DNA of 30,724 nt from Promethearchaeota archaeon. Its GTDB lineage: Archaea; Asgardarchaeota; Hermodarchaeia; Hermodarchaeales; Hermodarchaeaceae. The notes under the pieces are model-generated. The model did not search any database, had not been told where the DNA came from, and worked only from the letters and a program-made list of their open reading frames with translations. Positions 1-8,854 of this stretch are shown here, piece by piece. The DNA is taken from assembly GCA_048938385.1 (NCBI GenBank), contig JBHLMG010000026.1, positions 1-30,724 on the forward strand. Direction: 5' to 3'. A program made the translations under genes and the position numbers. Every line of letters begins with the position of its first letter. Position 1 is the first letter of the stretch.

Positions 1-104
1 GCTGTCAATAGAATAGCGATAATGACTATCACTAAGTAGAGGATATTTGGTAAAATGATAATTCTTGCTTGTCCCTTTGATATATGCCGAATTGATTCAG
101 CCAT
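1..104 (-). CDS. Partial CDS running off the left edge; N-terminal hydrophobic segment (MAESIRHISKGQARIIILPNILYLVIVIIAILLT...)
   Basis: Read by hand: GGAGG then 7 nt then ATG at 104; frame open to the window edge; signal/TM-like stretch. Confidence 0.5.
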   Translation of the reverse strand, partial: MAESIRHISKGQARIIILPNILYLVIVIIAILLT

Positions 105-146
105 GCAGGGTCCTCCGATATATTTGTCTGAGGTATCTAGACACGC

Positions 147-497
147 CTACTTATCAGTTATATCTGCAACGGGTGGAATGTCAATTGTTGATCGCAGTTT
201 TTGTCTTTCCAGTGTGAATTGTTCTGTATCCTCTAAGTTTTGCTGTATGGGCGTGACTTGAAAAAACGAAATGGATTCGTTGGTTTGGTTGGTTAGGCTT
301 GAAAGTCTCATGTTAAGGGGCTCAATTTGGGCTGGCGACTTATTGAATGCTAACTGGGTAAAAGATGCATTGAAGTGAAATGCTTGGATGATTGGTAGAA
401 TGAGAAGGCTCGCTAATACAAGGAAAGGGATGTAGTCGTTAAGGTGAGGCTTTTTATGGCTAGCAATGAGTTTATGCTCCACATCGAGGTCCTCCAA
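147..497 (-). CDS. Hypothetical membrane-anchored protein, possibly truncated
   Basis: 116-aa ORF with one hydrophobic helix (YIPFLVLASLLILPIIQAF) then a Q/N/T-rich region; no family recognised. Confidence 0.4.
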   Translation of the reverse strand: MEDLDVEHKLIASHKKPHLNDYIPFLVLASLLILPIIQAFHFNASFTQLAFNKSPAQIEPLNMRLSSLTNQTNESISFFQVTPIQQNLEDTEQFTLERQKLRSTIDIPPVADITDK

Positions 498-602
498 AGA
501 TGTTAGCGAACCTTCCTCGAGTGGTTTTAACTAAGTCTCTCTTGGGATAAAAAATTGCAGGGTGTGAGAAAAGTTACTCAAATCTGCTTAATATCTGTAG
601 TA

Positions 603-631
603 TTTGTCGTAATTGATCTCATGGCGACAAA
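603..631. other. Inverted repeat / hairpin next to repeat copy 1
   Basis: TTTGTCG (603-609) pairs with CGACAAA (625-631); function unknown. Confidence 0.3.
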
Positions 632-635
632 ATGC

Positions 636-671
636 GAGCGTTGCCTGATTCTGTGAGTAAAAAGGCGTCGG
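636..671 (+). repeat. Intergenic cassette-boundary repeat, copy 1 (degenerate)
   Basis: GAGCGTTGCCTGATTCTGTGAGTAAAAAGGCGTCGG; ungapped 23/36 match to copy 3, including TGTGAGTAAAA and TCGG. Confidence 0.6.
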
Positions 672-715
672 TCGTATCACCATTTTTTAGAATTAATCAA
701 CTTCATTGAGGACAA

Positions 716-3223
716 CTATCTGGTGCTTTGAATAAAGGGCCTATCATTATTTGCCAGTAATTCCCATTTTTTCCTTTCTGAACGGAGTTTAAAAATATCA
801 ACATCTTTGAAAATAAGACCCTCTTCTCCTTTCGCTATTGTTCGGTCAATACGCTCTTTTTCTGGTGTATAAATTAGTGAATCTCCAAATTCTGCAATAT
901 TTGCAAAGAAACAATATGCGTAAATGGAACGCCTTGCATCGAAATGTGCGGCTTTAAAATCGGCTGTAACTGGGGTAAATGACGGATTAAAAATCAAATC
1001 TATTGGGGGTTCAGAATTTTTTAATTCCACTCTTAAATCCATATCCATGAAATCGCGACAGATAATTACTGCCATTCGCCCATAAATGGTATCGCAAACT
1101 ATTGTTTTTCTAGGTTTTTTTCCAACTTCAATTCCTTCGGTAAACCTCTTTCCATCCAATGTTATTGTCGCTGGGATGTGTTTCTCTTGAGTCCACAGAA
1201 TGCCTTCTGGGGCGATAACACGACTAATATTATGTTTTGTTTCACGATCATGATATGAACCAGGAATAATGTACATGTTGTATTTCTTAGAATATTCCTG
1301 TAAAGTATCTAATAGCAAAGGGTAGTTAAGATCAATTGCTAGCTCAGGGAATAAGAGAATGTTAATTTCTTTGGAAGCAGCCAACTCAATAATTTTTTTG
1401 ATTTTAGAATTGATTTCTTCGACTTTAGCTTCTTTAAGTCCGAACATATTGGAATGGATTTCTTCATAATAATCACTTAAGAAATGGTTTTCAATAGGCA
1501 AACCAATTTGTGCGATTCCAACTCGAAATTCATGTTTTTGTTTCTCGGGCTTTTCACCTACTACATCCACATGGATAAGTTGATACTTTTTTCCAGGGAT
1601 TATTAACATTTGACTGCTAAGGTCTTGAGCAACTATTTTTAGCATGTCCTGGATATAGTCTTCAATTTGGGCCATCCTGAGGCGTTCTTGAAGCGATGCA
1701 TTGCGCTGGAACAATTCTTGCCATTTCTCGAACTCAGCTTCAAAAGCTCGCTTCTCTTCAATAATTTGTTGGACCAGTAAGTCGAGATTCTTTTCTATGG
1801 CAGTGAGCATAGCTTGATCGTAGTATTTCCGGGCTTGCTGCAACTCTCCTTCAATGGTGGCAAATTTTGCACGTAATAATATGGCCTCTACAATCAGTGG
1901 ATACAGTTTTTGGTCTTGGACTATTGTAGAGAAGTGTTGGGTCAGAGTTTTGGCTTCCTCCCACACTTCAGGATCACCAAAGGATTTCACTTCAAAGAGA
2001 AGGAGGTCACAGTAATTAATTATGGCTAATGCTGTCCATTCAAACCAAATATTCTCTTCATTAACAATTTGTTTCAGTAGGCCCTGAGCTTGGACTTTGT
2101 CGCTCATCCGTTTACTTCGTTTTAAGATCAAGGCCTCGGCTAGCTGGCTCCTGAGAAGGATTTTCTTATTCGGAGTACGGGCATGAAGCTGTTGGAGTTG
2201 GTTTAGGTACGCTTGCGCTTGAGTTTGATCCTGTTGGTCTAATGTAGTAAGAATAAGGTAGAATAAAGTGTATGACGACCATATATTGTTCCCCATCACC
2301 TCCTCTAAGGCTAAGCTTTGTCGAAAACAGTCTAACGCTTTGTCCAGTTCGCCTTTAGTACGATAGATTATGCCAATATTATCTAAGGTCGTAGCAATGT
2401 CTTGGGGATTACCAATTTCCTCTTTTATGACCAAACTCCGCTGAAGATAGTCTAACGCTTTATCCAACTCGCCTTGAGCGCGATAGGCATCACCAATATT
2501 GTTCAAGGCTAGGGCAATGTAGAAGGGATTACCAATCTCTTCATATATGGCTAAACCACGTTGAAAGTATTCTAACGCTTTTTCCAGTTCGCCTTTAGTA
2601 CGATAGATTATGCCAATGTTATTTATGGACCCGGCAATATCTTGGAGATTGCCAATCTCTTCACGTATAGCTAAACTTTGTTTCCAATGTTTTAATGCCT
2701 TGTCCATATCCCCTGAAGCATAATAGAGGTTGCCCTGTACATTTTCGAACAAGGCTATCCATGCTATCCCAGTTTGCCGTTCCTTGGCCGTTAAAGTCGC
2801 TAGGATAGAGTTGCCTTCCTGAATGGGCTCTAAGGCATCATCCGGGCGTCCTAGTTTCCATAAGGCATAGAGTTGAGCTATTAGCAACGCCAGTGCCAGA
2901 GTGTGATCATTCAGAGACACAACATTCGCGCGGGCAGCTGTTGCTACTTGTAAGGCACCTTCAAGCTGTCCCAAAGATAATAATGAGCGACTTTTATAGT
3001 AAAGGCATTCAATTTGTTCGTCTTCTGGTAAGGAAGCAAATACTCCTTGGTTATCCTTCTGAGTTAGCTGGTCTAGGACTTCCTGATATTTACCGCTCTC
3101 GTAAAGGTCTTTAAGGGTCTTTGCCATCATTATCGGTGTCTGCTCTCTTTCTTCTATTGAGTACGAATTGCGTCCTATAATCTGAGATAAAATAAATAAT
3201 GTTCGTTCCTCTATCTGATACAA
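716..3223 (-). CDS. TPR-repeat protein with C-terminal carbon-nitrogen hydrolase (nitrilase superfamily) domain
   Basis: 40-aa TPR units (IAGSINNIGIIYRTKGELEKALEYFQRGLAIYEEIGN), a coiled coil, then a domain from ~1530 to 716 with FPEL, QEKHIP and ICRDF (Glu-Lys-Cys triad). True start probably ATG at 3130 or 3127. Confidence 0.85.
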   Translation of the reverse strand: MYQIEERTLFILSQIIGRNSYSIEEREQTPIMMAKTLKDLYESGKYQEVLDQLTQKDNQGVFASLPEDEQIECLYYKSRSLLSLGQLEGALQVATAARANVVSLNDHTLALALLIAQLYALWKLGRPDDALEPIQEGNSILATLTAKERQTGIAWIALFENVQGNLYYASGDMDKALKHWKQSLAIREEIGNLQDIAGSINNIGIIYRTKGELEKALEYFQRGLAIYEEIGNPFYIALALNNIGDAYRAQGELDKALDYLQRSLVIKEEIGNPQDIATTLDNIGIIYRTKGELDKALDCFRQSLALEEVMGNNIWSSYTLFYLILTTLDQQDQTQAQAYLNQLQQLHARTPNKKILLRSQLAEALILKRSKRMSDKVQAQGLLKQIVNEENIWFEWTALAIINYCDLLLFEVKSFGDPEVWEEAKTLTQHFSTIVQDQKLYPLIVEAILLRAKFATIEGELQQARKYYDQAMLTAIEKNLDLLVQQIIEEKRAFEAEFEKWQELFQRNASLQERLRMAQIEDYIQDMLKIVAQDLSSQMLIIPGKKYQLIHVDVVGEKPEKQKHEFRVGIAQIGLPIENHFLSDYYEEIHSNMFGLKEAKVEEINSKIKKIIELAASKEINILLFPELAIDLNYPLLLDTLQEYSKKYNMYIIPGSYHDRETKHNISRVIAPEGILWTQEKHIPATITLDGKRFTEGIEVGKKPRKTIVCDTIYGRMAVIICRDFMDMDLRVELKNSEPPIDLIFNPSFTPVTADFKAAHFDARRSIYAYCFFANIAEFGDSLIYTPEKERIDRTIAKGEEGLIFKDVDIFKLRSERKKWELLANNDRPFIQSTR
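2331..2720. repeat. Intragenic 120-bp tandem repeats encoding TPR units
   Basis: TCTAACGCTTT at 2331, 2451 and 2571, diverged unit at 2691; units at 2331 and 2571 share TCCAGTTCGCCTTTAGTACGATAGATTATGCCAAT exactly. Confidence 0.85.
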
Positions 3224-3291
3224 GTCTCATTCAGGGAATGTTGTCTTTTTGAATCTGCACAATGTTGTTTTAATGTGATATTTCTGATTTT

Positions 3292-3359
3292 AGAAAAAAG
3301 TTTCAATAAGGCTTGGGTTTGTGAGTAAGAGCGTATCGGATATTCATTAGTCGCAATCA
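3292..3359 (+). repeat. Intergenic cassette-boundary repeat, copy 2
   Basis: AGAAAAAAGTTTCAATAAGGCTTGGGTTTGTGAGTAAGAGCGTATCGGATATTCATTAGTCGCAATCA; 31/34 identical to copy 6 over 3301-3334, and shares the CATTAG..CAATCA tail with copy 5. Confidence 0.9.
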
Positions 3360-3453
3360 AAGAATTAGCACAAAATAAATTTGGTGTGATTGACTCAAAC
3401 CGCATTAAGCAAATTACAAGGGTTGAATAAGAGAGAAGAGCCTTGAAACCAAT

Positions 3454-5163
3454 CTATTCCCTAAAAGCAATGAAATCTTCGAGCATGGCCAATACCTGTC
3501 CTCGTTCAGGCTCTTCGAGCTCAGAATTAACGAGGTCTAGAACATCTTGAACTGTGATTTTTTCACGCGAGTATGAAAGTCGCAGATCGGTGAAATCCGC
3601 ATCTAGGACGAGAACCTTGTCTTTCCCTTCAGTGTTATCCCAAGTAGGCCAATTTGGTAAGTCAATACTATTAGGATCCCCCGCTCTCGCAAAATTAGCC
3701 AGATAGTTCATACACAAGTCTTTCAGTTTTTCACGACCAATCTGGTTATCCTTCGTGTGGGTCTTTCCTATCAAAAAGGCAAAATCTGATCCACTTGTTC
3801 CCAAGAAGAAGGGTAACTCAGCGCCATGGTAAGCACCTAGTTCGTGACCTTTATTTTTTGGTAGGACGCTCATGCCTTTATCATCAGGGCTTCCCCAGTC
3901 AAACCGGTATGCATAAACAGAGACATTGCTGTTAGCAGTCATTTCGCTAGCTGGTTTATTGACACCGTTTGCACGCCATAGCATGGACTGATAATTCCAA
4001 ACCCTGGAGCTCAGAGGAAGGTCCTCCATGAAAGAACTAAAGAGATTCATCTCATCCTTTGTGCAGCCTATAATCACCGGCACCATATTTGCCCATTCCC
4101 CAGAGGAAAAAACACCATACCCCTCTGCAGGTATCACTGTCCCATCAGCAATAATAGATCGCCATTGTGCCATTCCCAAAACCATAGTAGGAATGTTCTT
4201 CGTAATTGTGAAGGCTGATTTCGAATGTAGATATGCATTAATCTCATCATCTTGCATTTCGCTGATGTGCTTTTCAGCCTCTTCTTCATTCACAACTCTT
4301 CGATCACTGATGAGAAGGGCAACCAGAAGTCGTTCACTCTGGGCTATTGCTTCTTCAATACTACAAACCGACATCAGACCACTTTCAACAATAGCTCGAT
4401 GGAAAAGTCCCTTTGCAGAGGGCGATACCAATAGTGAAAGAACATTGAAAGCTCCTCCAGACTCACCCGCAATTGTGACATTATTTGGGTTACCCCCAAA
4501 AGCTCTGATGTTATCCCTAACCCACTCTAAGGACTTTACTAGGTCTAAGGTTCCATAATTCCCACTCTGGTCCTCTGGAGACCCAGAACCCGTCACAGCA
4601 GGGTGTGTGAACCAACCCATTGCACCAAGTCGGTAATTGACGGAGATGTAGAGCAAGTTCGATTTTTCAGCTACTGTATTACCGTAGTAGCTTGGCGTGT
4701 TTGATGACCCAATGGAATTACCTCCTCCATGAACATACAAGTAGACCGGTAGTTCAGTTTCCGAGCTCTTAGGACGCCATATGTTGAGGTAGAGACAGTC
4801 CTCTGAACCTGTTGGACCTATGATGGGCATAACCTGTGCTGCAGAGTTACCGAATTTCGTTGCCTTTCGCGTTCCGAGCCAAGGGATAGGATCAAGTGGT
4901 GCCTTCCATCTTAATTCTCCAACTGGAGGAGTGCCATAGGGAATTCCTTTCCAACACCAAGTGCCTTTGTCTGAAAACCCAAGAATCAAACCATACTTCG
5001 TCTGGACATTTGGCTCGTTGTTCCACTTACTCAGCTCATATGTACTATCAGAAGGTTTTGGTGCGAAATGACGCCTTATCGGTTGAGAAATGGCTCGTTC
5101 CAGATAGTTCTTTAATCTGAATAACGGGGAGATAAGTGAAGCTAACTTCATTATTTTAGGCAC
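3454..5163 (-). CDS. Carboxylesterase, type B family (alpha/beta hydrolase)
   Basis: Motifs GIPYG..P.GELRW, SEDCLYLNIW, HGGG, GESGG (nucleophile), KDEM and AYHGAE; GGTGAGG upstream of the GTG start. Confidence 0.92.
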   Translation of the reverse strand: MPKIMKLASLISPLFRLKNYLERAISQPIRRHFAPKPSDSTYELSKWNNEPNVQTKYGLILGFSDKGTWCWKGIPYGTPPVGELRWKAPLDPIPWLGTRKATKFGNSAAQVMPIIGPTGSEDCLYLNIWRPKSSETELPVYLYVHGGGNSIGSSNTPSYYGNTVAEKSNLLYISVNYRLGAMGWFTHPAVTGSGSPEDQSGNYGTLDLVKSLEWVRDNIRAFGGNPNNVTIAGESGGAFNVLSLLVSPSAKGLFHRAIVESGLMSVCSIEEAIAQSERLLVALLISDRRVVNEEEAEKHISEMQDDEINAYLHSKSAFTITKNIPTMVLGMAQWRSIIADGTVIPAEGYGVFSSGEWANMVPVIIGCTKDEMNLFSSFMEDLPLSSRVWNYQSMLWRANGVNKPASEMTANSNVSVYAYRFDWGSPDDKGMSVLPKNKGHELGAYHGAELPFFLGTSGSDFAFLIGKTHTKDNQIGREKLKDLCMNYLANFARAGDPNSIDLPNWPTWDNTEGKDKVLVLDADFTDLRLSYSREKITVQDVLDLVNSELEEPERGQVLAMLEDFIAFRE

Positions 5164-5337
5164 AATTCCTCACCATGAGAATGAGATCAATAGACTTGCT
5201 AGGTTAACCTCTGATATAGTTTCGTATATCTCTTCAATTTAATCTCGCTTCGAAGAAATACACATACGGCAATTGGAATAAAACCTTCAGGGGAGACTAG
5301 CCTACATTTATTGCTATTCTTATTTTCCTGCTTTCAA

Positions 5338-5390
5338 GGAAAAAAGTTGAGTAAGGCTTGGGTTTGTGAGTAAAAGCCTATCGGATGCCC
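5338..5390 (+). repeat. Intergenic cassette-boundary repeat, copy 3
   Basis: GGAAAAAAGTTGAGTAAGGCTTGGGTTTGTGAGTAAAAGCCTATCGGATGCCC; contains AGGCTT-N14-AAGCCT inverted arms and TGAGTAA twice with 19-nt period. Confidence 0.9.
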
Positions 5391-5423
5391 AGGACCTGTG
5401 CAAAATTTAAGTCAAATCACTAT

Positions 5424-8400
5424 CTAAAAAATGTAGGAGATCTCTTCATCCTCAAACCATTCTTCAACTTCAGAGAGCTTTGTTGTATTCAATTCTTGTA
5501 ACCTAGTTTGGATGGTCTTAAGGGATACTTTTGGGGTTTTTAATTTCGAATATAATAATGCGAGGTTTGTTAGTAGCTTCACGAGCAGAACCTGGAACTT
5601 CTCAGGTATTTTAGCTGTTAGTTCCTCAAAAATATTCATGGCTTCAAGATAGACTTGTTCCGCTTGAAGGAAGCGCCCTGTTATTTTGAATAATACCCCT
5701 AGATTACTTAGAGTTGACGCTAAATCGGGTAGATAAAGGCTTGGGGCTTGCTCTGATAGATCTCTGCGTAATTGAAGTGCTTCTGTGAGAGCGGTTTCTG
5801 CTTCAGTCAAGTTCTTTGATGCTGCCAAAACAACCCCGAGATTATTCAATGATGTGGCCAAATGCTGACGAAAATGTTTTGGTTCCTGTTCAGTTAATGT
5901 CCTTCTAATCGTTAATGCTTCTCGAAGGGTCTCCTCTGCTTCAGCCAGCCGATCTGTCTGTCCCAGTAAGACCGCAAGGTTAGTGAGGCTAATAGCGACT
6001 AGTGGCAAGCTATGTTCAGAAACTTGATCTGCCAAATGCCGGTTTATTTTTAGGGCTTTCGTGTGTACTCTTTCTGCCTTTTTGAAATGGCTATTCCGTC
6101 GATGCAAAACCCCAAGGTTATTGAGAACCATTGCAATCCAAGGGTCATAAATTGGTTCCCTCTTTTGTTCTTCACTTAGAATTTCTAGGGCTTCTTGAAA
6201 ACATTCCTCTGCTTTTGTTAAGTTCCCAATGTGGCTAAGGAAAATTGCTTGAATGTTAAGGATAAATCCAAGTTGTTTTGGTATCTCAGGATTTTCTTCT
6301 TCGATGGCTCGTGAATCTTCAATAATCTCACGAATCAACGACTCGGCTTCATGCAGCCTTCCTGTTCTTATTAGGATGTAGGAGAAATCCCGAACAATCA
6401 GTGGAACATAAAAACTCATCCAAAGGAAGTCCTTCTCTTCTTTATGCGTAATAGCGACCTGATACGCTTTGCGGATTAATTCTTCTGCCTCTATTGGTCT
6501 TTCAGAGAAAATGTAAAGTCTAGCAAGTGATACGGTTATTCTGCAATAGTACTCGTCAATTAATTTTCTGTGCATTGAGAACTGTTTATCGATATCCTTG
6601 TGATGTGCTTTCAGGTCGCTAAACTTTTGGCTGAGCTTCAGTGTTTCTTTGAATTCTTCTTCAGCTTTAGTGAAATGTCCAATGAAAAACAAGAAGAGGC
6701 CGAAGTGCCAACGCGTCCATATTAGGCGTTCAAGGTTAATATCAGGTACGCCGAACATAGGCCTTTCCCCTCGTAATGTCAGTTCCTGGAAGAGCTGAAT
6801 GGCTTCCTGGAATGTTTCTTCTGCCCTTGAAAATCTACCAGTGTATCGATAATTGATGGCAAGTCCAGTTAACGCCCATGCAACGAAGAGTGTGTATTTG
6901 TCCGGGTTAATACTTGCTTGCTTTCGAAAGTAAGGAAGCACTTCTTGGTGGTCTTGTTCTCCCTCAGTAAAACGGTTCAAGTTTTGTAGAATTCTCCCTC
7001 GATGCCACTTTACCATCATCTTACCTTCTTCGGAGTTAAATCGGATGAAAGCAAGCATTGAAAGAGCATCTTTGAATCGGTAGCTCCAATTTAGGTCATT
7101 TACGATATCCCCCGCTTTCTCAATCGCCTTCGGTTCATCCACGAGCGCTTGAACCGATAGTGCCATCCCTTGGAGTGTCGGATCTGCTTGTTCCTGAGCT
7201 GCTTGTTTAAGGCGGTGAGAGACATCTAGAACTAGCTTGTCAAGTTTATCTCCAAGCTCGGCAAGAACGAGATCTCTGGCTAAATCGTGCAGTTTCCAAG
7301 AACCATCACCTCGATTCTGAACAAAACTGAGATGAATTAGTCGGTCCCAATGATCAGTTTTCATTTGTGGGGCAATAACACTCATTATTGGACGGTTAAA
7401 GAAAGGAAGGATGCCCGCTCGATCGATGATTTCTAACAGGTCTTCTGCATGATCGAAAAGGCGGCGCCAAGTTTTGAGCCGTACTTCTTCCAATGTATCT
7501 GCCCGGAGGTTCTCAATGCTTTTTAAACTAAGTTGGTTGAATTCCTTAAGGTCACAAATGGTTTTCAAGACAAATGGATTGCCCCCGCTAACACTAATGA
7601 TTTGAGTCTGCAATTCCTGGTCTTCCACTTTGTGTTGAACGAGAAGGTCACGGCAGCTAGTAGCATCCAGTTCAGTGAGTTCAATATCCTCGACATTCAC
7701 TCGTGAACTAAGATGTTTTGGGGGGGCTTTGCGGCTAGCCATGACACTGATACTATTATTGATAGAGGCGAGAAATTCATACCAGAGCTCAGCTTCGCTG
7801 ATTCTTCGTCCATCGTATCCCCATTTCAGCTGTTCACTTTCTACTTCTTCATAATGGTCTAAGAGAAGTAAGAGTGATGGCTGGGTGTTTTTCCGACTGT
7901 TCAGGTCTTCAAGCAGCGCATCGAGAAATAGTATTTCCGCCTGTCGTGGGTTCTTCCATAGAATTTCAAGGAGTTTCTCAGTAGAATCTTTTCCTAGCCG
8001 GGTTTGTAGCCAATCCGCGACATCTCCAAACCGGCGCTTTATTCGTGGGCTTAGTTTACCGCCAATAGTGTGAATGGCTTTACCGATATTTACCAGAGAG
8101 CCAATGAAGGGTAGAGGTGATATTACATCAAAAACCCAATCACGCCCTGGTTCTTTTGCTGGTTCAATACCTTGAATGAAACGAAGTCTAATTGACCATA
8201 AAAGGTCAAAACGACGCAGCCTAATACCTAACCGAACTGCACTCTTGCTGATCGCATCCAAACGATCAAAAAAGTTAGTAATCAGTTCACAGTCGAGCAT
8301 GATGCTGGTTTCAATGGAATGGTGCCAATGGTCAAGGAGAGCTGTTTTTCCAATACCCCCGATTCCACGGATGTGGAGCACAACACTTTGAGCCTGACAG

Positions 8401-8483
8401 CGTGTAAGGGCATTAGTCATCCATTTTAAGGGTTCTTCCCTGTCGACAAACACCCTTTCAGAAGGTGCAAAGCGTTCGTACAT
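5424..8483 (-). CDS. STAND-class P-loop NTPase with C-terminal TPR array (NLR-like architecture)
   Basis: FVDRE, Walker A GIGGIGKT, Walker B LLLLDHYE, SGGNPF (GxP), LHDLAR (MHD-like), then TPRs (LATSLNNLGVVL...). Confidence 0.85.
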   Translation of the reverse strand: MYERFAPSERVFVDREEPLKWMTNALTRCQAQSVVLHIRGIGGIGKTALLDHWHHSIETSIMLDCELITNFFDRLDAISKSAVRLGIRLRRFDLLWSIRLRFIQGIEPAKEPGRDWVFDVISPLPFIGSLVNIGKAIHTIGGKLSPRIKRRFGDVADWLQTRLGKDSTEKLLEILWKNPRQAEILFLDALLEDLNSRKNTQPSLLLLLDHYEEVESEQLKWGYDGRRISEAELWYEFLASINNSISVMASRKAPPKHLSSRVNVEDIELTELDATSCRDLLVQHKVEDQELQTQIISVSGGNPFVLKTICDLKEFNQLSLKSIENLRADTLEEVRLKTWRRLFDHAEDLLEIIDRAGILPFFNRPIMSVIAPQMKTDHWDRLIHLSFVQNRGDGSWKLHDLARDLVLAELGDKLDKLVLDVSHRLKQAAQEQADPTLQGMALSVQALVDEPKAIEKAGDIVNDLNWSYRFKDALSMLAFIRFNSEEGKMMVKWHRGRILQNLNRFTEGEQDHQEVLPYFRKQASINPDKYTLFVAWALTGLAINYRYTGRFSRAEETFQEAIQLFQELTLRGERPMFGVPDINLERLIWTRWHFGLFLFFIGHFTKAEEEFKETLKLSQKFSDLKAHHKDIDKQFSMHRKLIDEYYCRITVSLARLYIFSERPIEAEELIRKAYQVAITHKEEKDFLWMSFYVPLIVRDFSYILIRTGRLHEAESLIREIIEDSRAIEEENPEIPKQLGFILNIQAIFLSHIGNLTKAEECFQEALEILSEEQKREPIYDPWIAMVLNNLGVLHRRNSHFKKAERVHTKALKINRHLADQVSEHSLPLVAISLTNLAVLLGQTDRLAEAEETLREALTIRRTLTEQEPKHFRQHLATSLNNLGVVLAASKNLTEAETALTEALQLRRDLSEQAPSLYLPDLASTLSNLGVLFKITGRFLQAEQVYLEAMNIFEELTAKIPEKFQVLLVKLLTNLALLYSKLKTPKVSLKTIQTRLQELNTTKLSEVEEWFEDEEISYIF

Positions 8484-8635
8484 GCCTGAAATCCCTATTA
8501 TTTTTTGGTGTCTATCAAATTTCTTACCTAAAAAGCCTTAATAAAAAAATCTACAAGTCTTTTTAGATCAGCCATTTAAAAGGCTCGTGTGATTTACACA
8601 ACCTTTTTTCAGATTCACTAGCGCTGTGGATAAAA

Positions 8636-8661
8636 TGAGCAAAGCCTAGATTAGTGTGTAA
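8636..8661 (+). repeat. Intergenic cassette-boundary repeat, copy 4 (degenerate)
   Basis: TGAGCAAAGCCTAGATTAGTGTGTAA; ungapped 19/26 match to copy 3, mismatches mostly transitions. Confidence 0.65.
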
Positions 8662-8854
8662 TGAAGTTTTGGAAGTCTCGGCTTCCTTCGAAACAGGGAG
8701 GACTAGCTTAGGGGTTCCATGAGGTCTAGGAATAGCGGTCATTAACTTCTTCTTAGTACATGATGTGTGGACTTTGATCTTCGGATGGTTTTGCTTTACA
8801 ATTCCTTTGTGGGAACCTTACGACGGGAGTGGCACATCACGGATGTATCAGTTG

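Noticed and set aside
3384-3401. GTGTGATTGACTCAAACC resembling GTGTGATTTACACAACC at ~8587
   Set aside because: Only two short instances, on opposite sides of the main repeat; could be chance.
3211-3405. 64-aa ORF spanning repeat copy 2
   Set aside because: The same frame is interrupted by a stop in copy 5 and has no recognisable features; probably spurious.
4028-4558. 176-aa + strand ORF
   Set aside because: Antisense shadow of the well-supported carboxylesterase.
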